62,105 bases of DNA from Candidatus Pacearchaeota archaeon (lineage in GTDB: Archaea; Nanobdellota; Nanobdellia; Pacearchaeales; UBA284), in NCBI GenBank assembly GCA_038886195.1, contig JAVZYK010000001.1:5356-67460 (forward strand), given 5' to 3'. The notes under the pieces are model-generated. The model ran no database searches and was not told the origin of the DNA. It saw nothing but the letters and a program-made list of their open reading frames with translations. A program made the position numbers and the translations under genes. Positions 35,724-45,803 of this stretch are shown one piece after another (positions within the stretch are counted from its first letter, which is position 1; the number at the start of each line of letters is the position of its first letter).

Positions 35724-36055
35724 TTTTTGCACTCTTTGCAGATTATACAAATATAACTGCTTGCTTTTATTTTATTTATGATCTTGCTGATTTCAGCATT
35801 AGCATTTTTACCTTTTTTTATTATCTTAGCAGCCTTTTCAATTTCTTTTTCTACGGATTTTGGAAATTTAATGCTCTTGCCTCTCTTTTTGTGTTTGTAT
35901 TGTGATATTGCGGCCTTAGTTATCTTTAGTTTTTTAGCTATCTCTGCGTCTTTTAGTCCTTGTTTTTCGAGCAAGTTTACTAGCTTTTTTCTTATTGCAG
36001 GAATTATATAGTTTAATTCTATCCTCTGCGTCAAACAATTGTTGATTTTTTTCAT
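35720..36055 (-). CDS. HTH transcriptional regulator with Cys motifs
   Basis: IIPAIR..L...GLKDAEIAKKLKITKAAISQY..KRG; C-terminal CxxC. Confidence 0.85.
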   Translation of the reverse strand: MKKINNCLTQRIELNYIIPAIRKKLVNLLEKQGLKDAEIAKKLKITKAAISQYKHKKRGKSIKFPKSVEKEIEKAAKIIKKGKNANAEISKIINKIKASSYICIICKECKK

Positions 36056-36061
36056 CTTCTT

Positions 36062-36080
36062 AAGTTAACAGTGTTAACTT
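36062..36080. promoter_or_regulatory. Perfect 9-1-9 inverted repeat, candidate operator
   Basis: AAGTTAACA-G-TGTTAACTT between TATA (36079-36086) and the regulator start codon. Confidence 0.7.
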
Positions 36081-36134
36081 TATAAATCTTTTCATATTAA
36101 AAATCTTTATAAAACTCTTTGTTTTTGTTTAAAC

Positions 36135-36806
36135 ATGAAAGTCGCGGTTTTGTTTTCAGGAGGTAAAGATTCATGTATGGCCTTGTATTATGCTTCAGAA
36201 GAACACGAAATTAAATGTTTAATTACTGTTTTTTCTGAAAATTCTGATAGCTTTATGTTTCATACTCCAAACATTAAATGGGCAAAAAAGCAGGCCGAAG
36301 CAATAGAACTGCCGATTATTTTCGAGAAAACAAAAGGCAAGAAAGAAGAAGAGCTTTTAGATTTAAAAAAAGCAATCAAGAAAGCAAAAGAAAAATATGG
36401 AATTGAAGGTATAGTAACAGGAGCTTTGGCTTCTGTTTATCAAGCTTCACGCATAAAAAAAATTTGTGATGAACTTGGTTTAAAACTTATTAATCCTTTG
36501 TGGCAGAAAGATCAGTTTGAATTGCTTAAAGAAATAGTCAAGTACGGATTTGAAGTTATAGTAACAAGAGTGGCTGCAGAAGGATTAGAAAATTTTATTG
36601 GAAGAAAAATAGATGAGCAATTTATAAAGGACATAAAAAAAGTGCATGAAAAGTACAAAGTTAATGTTGCTGGAGAAGGTGGCGAGTTTGAGAGTTTTGT
36701 TTTATGGGCCCCTTTTTTCAAGAAACGTCTTAAGATTTTAAAGAGCGCTGTTAAAGGAAAAGAATTGGACAAGTTGTTTGTTATTAAAAAAATTAGAATG
36801 GTTTAA
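36135..36806 (+). CDS. dph6: Diphthine--ammonia ligase (Dph6 family)
   Basis: SGGKDS, SFMFH, GALASVYQ, PLW, GEGGEFES. Confidence 0.92.
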   Translation: MKVAVLFSGGKDSCMALYYASEEHEIKCLITVFSENSDSFMFHTPNIKWAKKQAEAIELPIIFEKTKGKKEEELLDLKKAIKKAKEKYGIEGIVTGALASVYQASRIKKICDELGLKLINPLWQKDQFELLKEIVKYGFEVIVTRVAAEGLENFIGRKIDEQFIKDIKKVHEKYKVNVAGEGGEFESFVLWAPFFKKRLKILKSAVKGKELDKLFVIKKIRMV

Positions 36807-36844
36807 ACAATAGATTTAAATACCCTTCTTTTTAATTACTATGT

Positions 36845-37411
36845 ATGGCGCTTTGGTGGCTAATTATTTTAATTGTATTGGTAGTTTTAATTTTAATAAT
36901 CGTTTTAGGTTATTATAATCGTTTTGCTATTTTACAGAATAGAATAGAGAATTCTTTGGCGCAAATTGATGTCCAGTTAAAGAAAAGGGCAGATTTAGTG
37001 CCTAATCTGATTGAAACAGTTAAAGGCTATGCAAAACATGAGGAAAAAATAATGCATGAAGTTTCTGAAGCAAGAAAAGCTTTAGTAGGGGCAATAGAAT
37101 CTAAAGATTTTGTGAAGAGTGTTAAAGCGGGAGATGCTTTACAAAATGCTCTCGGAAGGCTTTTTGCTGTAGCAGAAAATTATCCAAATTTAAGAGCCAA
37201 TGAAAATTTCTTGCAGCTTCAACAAGAACTTAGTGCTATTGAAGACAAAATAGCATATTCAAGACAATTCTATAATGATTCTGTTCTTAATTATAACAAT
37301 TTATGTAGAACAATTCCTGGAGTTTGGTTTGCTGCGCTATTTGGAAAGAAAGCCGGCAAATATCTTGAGATTCCTCAGGCAGAAAGAGAGGCGCCGAAAG
37401 TTAAATTTTAA
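36845..37411 (+). CDS. lemA: LemA family protein
   Basis: IDVQLKKRADLVPNL, ENYPNLRAN, SRQFYND. Confidence 0.95.
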   Translation: MALWWLIILIVLVVLILIIVLGYYNRFAILQNRIENSLAQIDVQLKKRADLVPNLIETVKGYAKHEEKIMHEVSEARKALVGAIESKDFVKSVKAGDALQNALGRLFAVAENYPNLRANENFLQLQQELSAIEDKIAYSRQFYNDSVLNYNNLCRTIPGVWFAALFGKKAGKYLEIPQAEREAPKVKF

Positions 37412-37428
37412 TGTTTCTTTAGTTTAAA

Positions 37429-38316
37429 ATGGCGAAAGAAAGAATTTCATTTCATGATCAAATTACAAGAAACAAATGGAAGAGCTTCTTTTTAGTTATA
37501 TTTGTTTTTATTGTTTTAGTTGCTCTGGGTTATGCTATTTCTTTGGCTTTTGATCCAGGATATTTTTTTATTATCATGATTATAGCAACAATTTTTTCTT
37601 TGTGTTATGTGCTCATTACTTATTTTAATTCAGACAAAATTGCTTTGGCAAGTGTTAACGCAAGAAAAGCAGATCCGATAAAACATAGAATGCTTTACCA
37701 TGCTGTTGAAAATATGGCCATTGCAAGTGGCTTGCCGATGCCAAAAGTTTATATAATGCCTGGCAAACAGATTAATGCTTTTGCAACAGGCCGTGATCCG
37801 AAACATGCTGTTATTTGTGTGACAGAAGGTGCTTTGGAGAAACTTAATAAACAAGAATTAGAAGGAGTTATCGGGCATGAGATGAGTCATATCGCGAATT
37901 ATGATATAAGATATATGACTACTGTTGCGGTTGTTGTTGGGGCCATTTCAATTATCTCACAAATGTTTCTAAGAAGTTTGTGGTTTGGTTCTCGTGATAG
38001 AGAAGGTAGAGGCAACGTGATTTTTTTCTTAATAGCCATAGTTCTTGCCATTCTTGCTCCGATTGTAGTAATGCTTGTTCAATTCGCGATTTCAAGAAAA
38101 CGCGAATTTATGGCTGATGCTGGTTCAGTTCAATTCACAAGATATCCTCCAGGTTTGATAGGAGCATTGAAAAAAATTAAGCACGAACATGAACCAATGA
38201 AAGTTCCAGATGCGGTTAAGCCTTTATTTTTCAGCGACACTGCACGAAAAATTTCTGGCTTGTTTCAAACCCATCCGCCAATTGATGAAAGAATAAAAGT
38301 GCTCGAGAGGATGTAA
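37429..38316 (+). CDS. htpX: HtpX-type M48 zinc metalloprotease
   Basis: NAFATG, HEMSH, SRKREFMAD, THPP. Confidence 0.93.
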   Translation: MAKERISFHDQITRNKWKSFFLVIFVFIVLVALGYAISLAFDPGYFFIIMIIATIFSLCYVLITYFNSDKIALASVNARKADPIKHRMLYHAVENMAIASGLPMPKVYIMPGKQINAFATGRDPKHAVICVTEGALEKLNKQELEGVIGHEMSHIANYDIRYMTTVAVVVGAISIISQMFLRSLWFGSRDREGRGNVIFFLIAIVLAILAPIVVMLVQFAISRKREFMADAGSVQFTRYPPGLIGALKKIKHEHEPMKVPDAVKPLFFSDTARKISGLFQTHPPIDERIKVLERM

Positions 38317-38443
38317 AAGAGCAAATAAAGAAGGTTTTTAGTATATTTTCGTTTCATACTCAGAACAAAGGGATTAAGAATTCTTATCCGCAGCTTATCT
38401 ATCTAAACTTTTTAATCATAAAAATCGATTTTATTTTATATTA

Positions 38444-39946
38444 TTATCCACAGCTTCCACCACTGCCTGAGCTGCTAGAACCGCTGCCAAATCCTGGTGA
38501 TGGATTTTGTGTTGAGAATTTTTCTGAGCAAACATTTGGCTTGCTTCCTTTGAATGCATTACATATTGCATTTGCAATGCTTTGAGGATCTCTAGGATAG
38601 ATGTTTGCTTCTTTACCATCAAGAACGAAAGTTGGTGAGCCTCGAACTCCGTATTTTTCATTTAATGCTTTGTCTTCTTCCATATATTTAGAAGCTCTAG
38701 TTGTCATACAACTAGAAAGTTTATTTTCATCAATACCTGTTTTTTTAATACAGCCAGAAGCGTCGCCAGCTTCAACGAAACATTTTAAGTAAGGAATTAA
38801 TTTTGAAGATTGTTCTTCTCTAATGCAGATCATTCTATTGTTTTCCTCATCTTCTTTTTGTCCGTGCATTGTGTATGAAACAAATCTTAATTCAATATTT
38901 GCTTTATTTTGGAATTTCTCCCATACAGGCAACAATCCCTTTACGGCTTGCAAACCAAAAGGACAATAACTCATGATGAAAACTTGTAATGTTGGAGCGC
39001 CGGGAATCTTTGTGGCAGCTCCCGTCGGTCCAGATGTTTTAATCTTTTTAATATCATTTAAAATTATTTTAATGATAACTTTTTGTCCAGCAAAAGGATG
39101 ATTAGAATCGATGGTTATGTGAGTGGAATTTAATTCCTTTACAAAGCCTTTAGGATAGTTGCCTAATTGTACTTCTTGTCCTATTTTCGGAGTTAATGTT
39201 GTAATTATTTCATTTTCTGTAAATTTTATTTCTAGATCGCCATTTTCTGTTGGAATTGTAGTATTATTTCCCTGAAGCTTTAGCTTTATTTTTTCTGAAG
39301 TTATTTCGATAACTTCATAACTAAATAAGCCGAAAGGAATTTTTTGATTTAACGAAGGCTCTTGACTTATTTTAACATGACTATCATTAAGTTCAATTAC
39401 TTTGTAAGACCATGGAGCGCCTTCTAAAGTATAGAGTTTATTTAATTCTGGTTGTTCATTAAATGCATCGATAAAATCATTTTTTGTTATCCAATTTGTT
39501 CTATTTACTTCCTTTGTTCTATTTTCTGTTACGATTCTTTCATAATAATATATTTTATTATTGTCATATTCGCCATAAGCATCTTTTGCTTCTAAAGTTA
39601 TAGTTTTTGTTTCTCCTTTTGTTAAAACTTCGAGTTCTTTATCAAGCTTGTCTGTTTTAAAGCCCAGGGTTGATGCTATATTTCCTTTGGTAAATTCATT
39701 TATTCCAGAATCGATTATTGTGCCGTTTTCCAATTCTATGTTGTAAGTAATATTCAATATTTCTTGTGTGGCTTTTGGTTTTGTAAAAATTAAAACTAGA
39801 ACAACTATCAGTACAATTACAGCAGCAATAAGTGCTATTAATCCTATTTTTGTCCAATTTATTTTGGATGATTTTGTTTCAACAGAAGAAACGATTTCGC
39901 TAGCAGTCATTTCTTCAGTTTTTGTTTCTGTAGTTTGACCTTCCAT
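38444..39946 (-). CDS. Membrane-anchored FKBP/SlyD-type PPIase fused to a thioredoxin-fold (DsbA-like) domain
   Basis: TM; GETKTITLEAKDAYG...IDSNHPFAG (FKBP halves); FIMSYCPFG and YGVRGSPT (Trx fold). Confidence 0.75.
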   Translation of the reverse strand: MEGQTTETKTEEMTASEIVSSVETKSSKINWTKIGLIALIAAVIVLIVVLVLIFTKPKATQEILNITYNIELENGTIIDSGINEFTKGNIASTLGFKTDKLDKELEVLTKGETKTITLEAKDAYGEYDNNKIYYYERIVTENRTKEVNRTNWITKNDFIDAFNEQPELNKLYTLEGAPWSYKVIELNDSHVKISQEPSLNQKIPFGLFSYEVIEITSEKIKLKLQGNNTTIPTENGDLEIKFTENEIITTLTPKIGQEVQLGNYPKGFVKELNSTHITIDSNHPFAGQKVIIKIILNDIKKIKTSGPTGAATKIPGAPTLQVFIMSYCPFGLQAVKGLLPVWEKFQNKANIELRFVSYTMHGQKEDEENNRMICIREEQSSKLIPYLKCFVEAGDASGCIKKTGIDENKLSSCMTTRASKYMEEDKALNEKYGVRGSPTFVLDGKEANIYPRDPQSIANAICNAFKGSKPNVCSEKFSTQNPSPGFGSGSSSSGSGGSCG

Positions 39947-40081
39947 TTGTCTGAAATGATGGAGTTATTTATAAAGTTTTCTGCATTTTGATATAATAAT
40001 ACAATATGTTTAATTCAATATCGTTATATATAGACTCGCAATAGAAGAAAGGTTTTTAATAGCATTCTTTGTAAGATTTTT

Positions 40082-40744
40082 ATGCTAACATTAAAAGAGA
40101 TTAAACAAAACGAGGAAATTAAAGCTTTAATTAAGGCGGCCGATTTTTATCTCGAAAGAATGGGCTATACTGAACATGGTTCAAGACATGCCGAGCTTTG
40201 TGCCGAGAGAGCTAGAAAAATTCTTGAAACTTTGGGCTATGAAAAAGAAAAGATTGAGCTGGCCGCAATTGCAGCTTATCTACATGATATAGGAAACATT
40301 GTTAATAGACAAGATCATTCACAGTCTGGAGCCTTGCTTGCTTTTGATGTATTAACGAAGATGGGGATGAAAGTGGAAAACTGTGTTAAAGTTATGGCTG
40401 CCATCGGCAATCATGAAGAAACAGAAGCAGGATTGCCAATAACGAGTATTGCGGCAGCAGTTATACTTGCTGATAAATCTGATGTTCATAGAGAAAGAGT
40501 GAAGCAAAAAGAGAAAAGCAAATTTGATATACATGATAGAGTTAATTATGCTGTCTTACATTCTGAGTTAAAAGCTAATAAACATACAAAAATAATTACT
40601 TTGAAACTAAAAATAGATACTAAATTCTCAGCCATAATGGAATACTTTGAGATTTTTTTAGGAAGAATGGTGATGATGAGACATGCGGCAGAGAGACTTG
40701 GCTGCAAGTTTGAGCTTATAATCAACAACACAAAAATGTTTTGA
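40082..40744 (+). CDS. HD-domain phosphohydrolase
   Basis: EHGSRH, LHDIGN, NHEE, LADKSD. Confidence 0.88.
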   Translation: MLTLKEIKQNEEIKALIKAADFYLERMGYTEHGSRHAELCAERARKILETLGYEKEKIELAAIAAYLHDIGNIVNRQDHSQSGALLAFDVLTKMGMKVENCVKVMAAIGNHEETEAGLPITSIAAAVILADKSDVHRERVKQKEKSKFDIHDRVNYAVLHSELKANKHTKIITLKLKIDTKFSAIMEYFEIFLGRMVMMRHAAERLGCKFELIINNTKMF

Positions 40745-40855
40745 TGCTTTAAAGATCTTAGAGAGGAGAGCTTTTTGATTAATAAATAAAAGAAAAGTTT
40801 AAATTCGTGTTATTTATATTATGATTAACATTTAGATAAAAAGAGATGATAAAAA

Positions 40856-42184
40856 ATGCCGGAAGATATTATTATTGGAAGAGACGAGAGTGATAAAAAG
40901 AAATTTGGAAATGAAGGTTTGATTTTTTTAGGTAAACATTATGTTAAGATGGGTCAGATTACTTCTTTAAGCAATAGAGTTATGATGGACGTTGCTAGAG
41001 CCCATGTGGTTCTTGTGGCAGGCAAGAGGGGCTCTGGTAAGTCGTATACTTTAGGAGTTATTGCAGAAGAGATTTCTAATTTGCCTCCAGAGGTTTCACA
41101 GAATATAGCTGTATTAATTTTCGATACAATGGGAATTTTCTGGACAATGAATTACAAAAATGAGAAAGAAACAGAATTAATTAAAGAATGGCAAATTGAG
41201 CCAAAGAAATTGCCGGTTAGAGTTTTTGTTCCTTTTGGTTATGCTGAAAAATGGCGCGAAAGAGGAATCCCTGTTTATAAAGAATTTGCTTTGAAACCAA
41301 GCGATATAACGGCAGAAGAGTGGTGTTTAACTTTCGGTTTAAGTTTCGTCGATCCTGTAGGAGCAGTAATTCAAGGAGCTGTAACTAGACTTCAAGAAGC
41401 AGTTGAAGAAGGTTCAATTAAATCTTTTGATATTGATGACATTATTAGAACAATTATGTTAGATAAAGAAGCTGGTAAAAATGAAAAGAATGCGGCCATT
41501 AATTTGTTCGAAGCGGCTAAAACATGGAAAATTTTTGCAACTAAAAAGGAAAAGGGAACTACCATTGCAGAATTGATAGAGGCCGGAAAAACTAGTATAA
41601 TTGATTTGAGCTGTTACAGCAGCATTGGAACTGTAAATGTTCGTGCGCTTGTTATTGGACTTGTTTGTAAAAAATTATTTAATGAAAGAATGGAAGCAAG
41701 AAAGCATGAAGAGATTGAAGCAGTAAGACATGGTTTGGATTATCTTTACTATAAAGAAAAGAGAGAAATGCCTTTAGTTTGGATTTGTATCGATGAAGGC
41801 CATGAATTTTTGCCTTTACACGGAAAAACTGCCGCTACGGATGCTTTAATACAATTGCTTCGTGAAGGAAGGCAGCCCGGAATTAGTGTTGTTATAGCCA
41901 CGCAACAGCCAGGACAAATACATCATGATGTTATGACTCAGAGCGATATTGTTATAAGTCATAGAGTTACAGCCAAGCCAGATATAGATTCTTTGAATTA
42001 TATTATGCAAACTTATCTTTTAGCTGATATTAAAACATATTTGGATAATTTGCCTAGATTGAAAGGTTCTGCAATTATACTTGACGATAATAGTGAAAGA
42101 ATATATCCTATACGTGTGAGGCCAAGATTCACTTGGCACGGCGGCGAGGCACCAACTGCAGTAAAAGTGAAAAAAAGAATTTAA
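40856..42184 (+). CDS. HerA/FtsK/VirB4-like P-loop ATPase
   Basis: GKRGSGKS, ICIDEGH, REGR, ATQQP. Confidence 0.88.
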   Translation: MPEDIIIGRDESDKKKFGNEGLIFLGKHYVKMGQITSLSNRVMMDVARAHVVLVAGKRGSGKSYTLGVIAEEISNLPPEVSQNIAVLIFDTMGIFWTMNYKNEKETELIKEWQIEPKKLPVRVFVPFGYAEKWRERGIPVYKEFALKPSDITAEEWCLTFGLSFVDPVGAVIQGAVTRLQEAVEEGSIKSFDIDDIIRTIMLDKEAGKNEKNAAINLFEAAKTWKIFATKKEKGTTIAELIEAGKTSIIDLSCYSSIGTVNVRALVIGLVCKKLFNERMEARKHEEIEAVRHGLDYLYYKEKREMPLVWICIDEGHEFLPLHGKTAATDALIQLLREGRQPGISVVIATQQPGQIHHDVMTQSDIVISHRVTAKPDIDSLNYIMQTYLLADIKTYLDNLPRLKGSAIILDDNSERIYPIRVRPRFTWHGGEAPTAVKVKKRI

Positions 42185-42261
42185 TTTTCTTTAAAATTGA
42201 GTTACTATTATAAAGTGAAAAATATAGAAAAATTTATAAGTACATTTATTATATCTTTTTT

Positions 42262-44580
42262 ATGCACAGACTATATGAAAATCTAATAGGAGGGGATGGA
42301 AATTTAATTCCTGAGTTGATAAAATCAATTGGTAATTTATATTTTTTAAGGAATGATATTAAAGATTTTAGAAATGCTTTAGGTGATTTGCCTGAATTTG
42401 AAAGCCTTGAAAATATAATTCAAGTTGTTCCACCAGCGGATTTTACAGCATCAGTTGAAAACTTTATTAAGAGATTGTGGGACCAATATTGTTCTTTAAG
42501 AACAGATCCCAATTATGGAGAAAAAATTATAGCTAAGAAATTTGAAATTGCTAAAAAAATAAATAAGTTTAGAAAAGTAAGAGGAACACATCAAGATATA
42601 GATGAAGATGCAGAATTTGAAGTTTTTTTTGCTCCTTATGAAATAGAGTTTCTTAAAGATATTAAAAACGAAATTGGTAAATTATCAGAAATAGTAGAGT
42701 CAAGAAGTGAAATCATTAACGTATCTGCTTTAAGATTAGAAGAAATTATTAATAAAACAAACGAGCCAAGATTGATTAATTTAGCAATGGCGACCTATAT
42801 TCGAGGAATTGGCAGCATAATTGGAGAAATAGAAAAAGACTCTTTAGCGAAATCAGCAAATGTTAATTATTTTAAATATCAAATCGTTTTACCTGAATTG
42901 AATAATTTATTTGAAATATTGAGAAAAATCCTAATAGAGTCGATTGATTCTAAAATAAAATCTGAAGCCTTTATTAGACCTTCTCCAATGCTTTTAGTAA
43001 ATCAAAAAATAATTCCGCAACAGCAATATAATATAGGCACCATAGAAGCATCCCTCATCTATGATGTTGATTATTCTTTGTTGGGTCTTAAAGGTTATGA
43101 AAGTATTGGGAATTTTTTAAAAAATGTAGTTTTAGGTTTAATTAAAGATCGCAGATTTGAAGATTTTCTCGTAGACAAAACAGATAGAAAATTTGTAGAG
43201 AAAATAAAACAAAATATTCCTTCTGCTATAGAAATTGCTATTAAAAATCCGGACATAATTAACGAAATTTTAAGACGTGAAGAAATCGTTATAAAATTAA
43301 AGGATTTGTTAAAAAAAGAAAAATTAGATCCAAATGTAATAAATATTTATTTAAAATTTCTAACGGACTGGAGAAGGGCAGAAGCGCTGTTCCCAGCAAT
43401 AAATAGAATTAAAAGTGTAGAATATCTTTTAAGAAACGAAGAGAAGAAAAGAAAGCTCAAGGAAGAACATGAAAATGGGAATATTTATAGATTTGATGAA
43501 AGACAAGTAGTTTATAGAAATAAGAAAACTATCAGCATTAATTTTGATATGCGCGATAGCACTATTTACGTAGATAAATTGGGTGATGAATTTAATACTT
43601 TATTTGATGAAATTTTTAATTATCCAACGTTAAAAGAACTTTGTAAAAAATATAAAGCAACTTCTGGAAAAAGAAAATATGCTGGCGATGAACAATTATA
43701 TTCTTTTATTGGAATGTTCTATCCAGCAGTGAATTCTTTGCTTTTTATAAAGGAATTTTTTCAAGAATTTAAGGAAATAAGAGAAAGAAAAAAAGAAGTT
43801 TTAAAATCTAAGTATGGAGAAGATTTTAGTTTAGAATTCGGTGCAGCAATGTATTTGCATTTTTTTAATCCTGAAAAACCAGAAGATTATGAAAGCGGCA
43901 TCACTATCGTAAGAGATTTGTCAAAATCTATAAAAGAAAATATTGGAAATGGAAATTGTCATCCTTCTGTTTATATAACTGAAAAAGGAATTTTTAATTA
44001 TGGTTTGATTATTGCTGAGAATTGTAATTTAGAATCAAAAGAAACTTTTGTTAAATCTCTCGAAGAAGAATTAACTATTTTAAATAGAATTGATATGGCT
44101 GAATTAAAGGAAGAACCTTTTTACAAGTTACTTTTTAAAGTAAAGGAAACAAAAGGAGATATAAGATTGAAATCTTCTAAAGATTTAGAAAAAGAAGGCG
44201 TGGATCTTTTTACCAATAAATTATGTTTACATTATTATCTTTTTAATTTGTTTTCAAAAAATAAGAATCCAGAAGGAAAATACAATATAAAATATAAAGA
44301 GATGGATGTAGTGATTTCAGAGACAGATATGAGGGCCATTATAAAAAAATATTGTAGCAACTATGTTACTTATTCTATTCCTTTAATTGCTTCAGATTAT
44401 CCTGATTTAATTAAAATAGCGGACAACTATCCTTTAAGAACTTCTAGAATAGCAATTTATGCGATGCCTCTAGATAGAGAAGATTTTGATAATTTTGTTC
44501 ATTATTTTTACAATGATTCTTTACAATGGATATATGATAAATGGAAAAGGCTAAAGGAGGACAAAAAAACAGAAAAATGA
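42262..44580 (+). CDS. Large protein with a divergent class III nucleotide cyclase-like domain
   Basis: SINFDMRDST and KYAGDEQLYSF correspond to the two metal-binding Asp motifs. Confidence 0.6.
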   Translation: MHRLYENLIGGDGNLIPELIKSIGNLYFLRNDIKDFRNALGDLPEFESLENIIQVVPPADFTASVENFIKRLWDQYCSLRTDPNYGEKIIAKKFEIAKKINKFRKVRGTHQDIDEDAEFEVFFAPYEIEFLKDIKNEIGKLSEIVESRSEIINVSALRLEEIINKTNEPRLINLAMATYIRGIGSIIGEIEKDSLAKSANVNYFKYQIVLPELNNLFEILRKILIESIDSKIKSEAFIRPSPMLLVNQKIIPQQQYNIGTIEASLIYDVDYSLLGLKGYESIGNFLKNVVLGLIKDRRFEDFLVDKTDRKFVEKIKQNIPSAIEIAIKNPDIINEILRREEIVIKLKDLLKKEKLDPNVINIYLKFLTDWRRAEALFPAINRIKSVEYLLRNEEKKRKLKEEHENGNIYRFDERQVVYRNKKTISINFDMRDSTIYVDKLGDEFNTLFDEIFNYPTLKELCKKYKATSGKRKYAGDEQLYSFIGMFYPAVNSLLFIKEFFQEFKEIRERKKEVLKSKYGEDFSLEFGAAMYLHFFNPEKPEDYESGITIVRDLSKSIKENIGNGNCHPSVYITEKGIFNYGLIIAENCNLESKETFVKSLEEELTILNRIDMAELKEEPFYKLLFKVKETKGDIRLKSSKDLEKEGVDLFTNKLCLHYYLFNLFSKNKNPEGKYNIKYKEMDVVISETDMRAIIKKYCSNYVTYSIPLIASDYPDLIKIADNYPLRTSRIAIYAMPLDREDFDNFVHYFYNDSLQWIYDKWKRLKEDKKTEK

Positions 44581-45758
44581 ATAGAAAAAATAATCATGTT
44601 GTGGAAGCTATATCTTGTGGAGTATCTAATAATTTAGAATCTAAATTCGAGACAGGAATTATTAAAAAAATAACTGTAGAACATATTTTTGAAAATCCTA
44701 ATGAGCCAAAGTATGATGAGTTGCTTGAAGATAGAGTTACTATAGAAACTATAATTTTAGTACCGGCTAAGAAAAAAAAGACAAAAAAAGATGAAATTGA
44801 GTTTGAGACAAATTTAGTTCAGAATTTAATAGAAAAAATTTATAGAGATAAAGAAATAGCATTTACAGAAATTAAAGCCTATGATAACGAAGGTAAACCA
44901 GTCGCTAATAAATTCTGGCAAAATGCTTTAGATTCTAAATATGAGATGGAAGAGATTATAGTGAGAAGAGTTAATGAAGATGATAAAGAGATTGTTAAAG
45001 AATTTACAGAAAAAGAAATAGAGGAAAATTATTTAATATTTCAAAAATTAAAAATTGTTGGTGTTCCAAAAGAAATAGAAAAAGTTATTAAAAAATATTC
45101 TTTATTAGAGGATGTCATTCTTTATAATGCTCCTAAAGAATTTACTGGAAAAAATTGGGAAAGATATAAGTTATTAAAATATAAATTTAACGGAATTTAT
45201 TATAGAACTTCTCATATACCTAAAGAAATGGAAAATTTACAAAGACCTTGCTTCTCAAAAGATTCAGTTCTTAAAGATATTGTTGCAGAAAATCTTCTAG
45301 AGATAGAAAAAGAAGAAATTTTAAAATTTTTAGAAAAAACTCTACAAAGAAAATATGAAGAGAATAAAATTAAAAAAATAATGAGAGATGATTTTAATAA
45401 GCTTATAAAGTTATTTCTTTTTGAATTGAGACAACAAATTATAAAAGATGTTTTAAGAAATCCCGAACTTGGTTGGGATAGTTTTGATTGGAGAATAAGT
45501 TTTGATAGATCTAATAATATAAGAGTTTATGATATATTTAATAAAAATGGCGAAAGAATTTATGATTTTACTTTTAGTCTTTCTTCAAACGTACCAATTA
45601 AAAATTGGTTGGTTAGAAAATTTAGCTATTTTTTTGAAGAGCCTTCAAAAGCATCTTTATTTGAAACAATGAGTGGTTATGGAAGGAATTTTGCTATAAG
45701 ATGCCTGTTTGATTATTTCTCTTTATTAAATAAGCCCTTTGGAATGTCCCTTCCTTAA
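44577..45758 (+). CDS. Hypothetical protein coupled to the cyclase-like gene
   Basis: ATGA overlap at 44577-44580; 393 aa; no family recognised. Confidence 0.7.
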   Translation: MNRKNNHVVEAISCGVSNNLESKFETGIIKKITVEHIFENPNEPKYDELLEDRVTIETIILVPAKKKKTKKDEIEFETNLVQNLIEKIYRDKEIAFTEIKAYDNEGKPVANKFWQNALDSKYEMEEIIVRRVNEDDKEIVKEFTEKEIEENYLIFQKLKIVGVPKEIEKVIKKYSLLEDVILYNAPKEFTGKNWERYKLLKYKFNGIYYRTSHIPKEMENLQRPCFSKDSVLKDIVAENLLEIEKEEILKFLEKTLQRKYEENKIKKIMRDDFNKLIKLFLFELRQQIIKDVLRNPELGWDSFDWRISFDRSNNIRVYDIFNKNGERIYDFTFSLSSNVPIKNWLVRKFSYFFEEPSKASLFETMSGYGRNFAIRCLFDYFSLLNKPFGMSLP

Positions 45759-45803
45759 ATAATTGTGGATAAATTTAAAAAAAGATTTGCATTTATTATT
45801 TTA

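Noticed and set aside
38375-38386. TAAGAATTCTTA palindrome, similar to TAAGATATCTTA at 17371-17382
   Set aside because: AT-rich 12-mers in different contexts; could be chance
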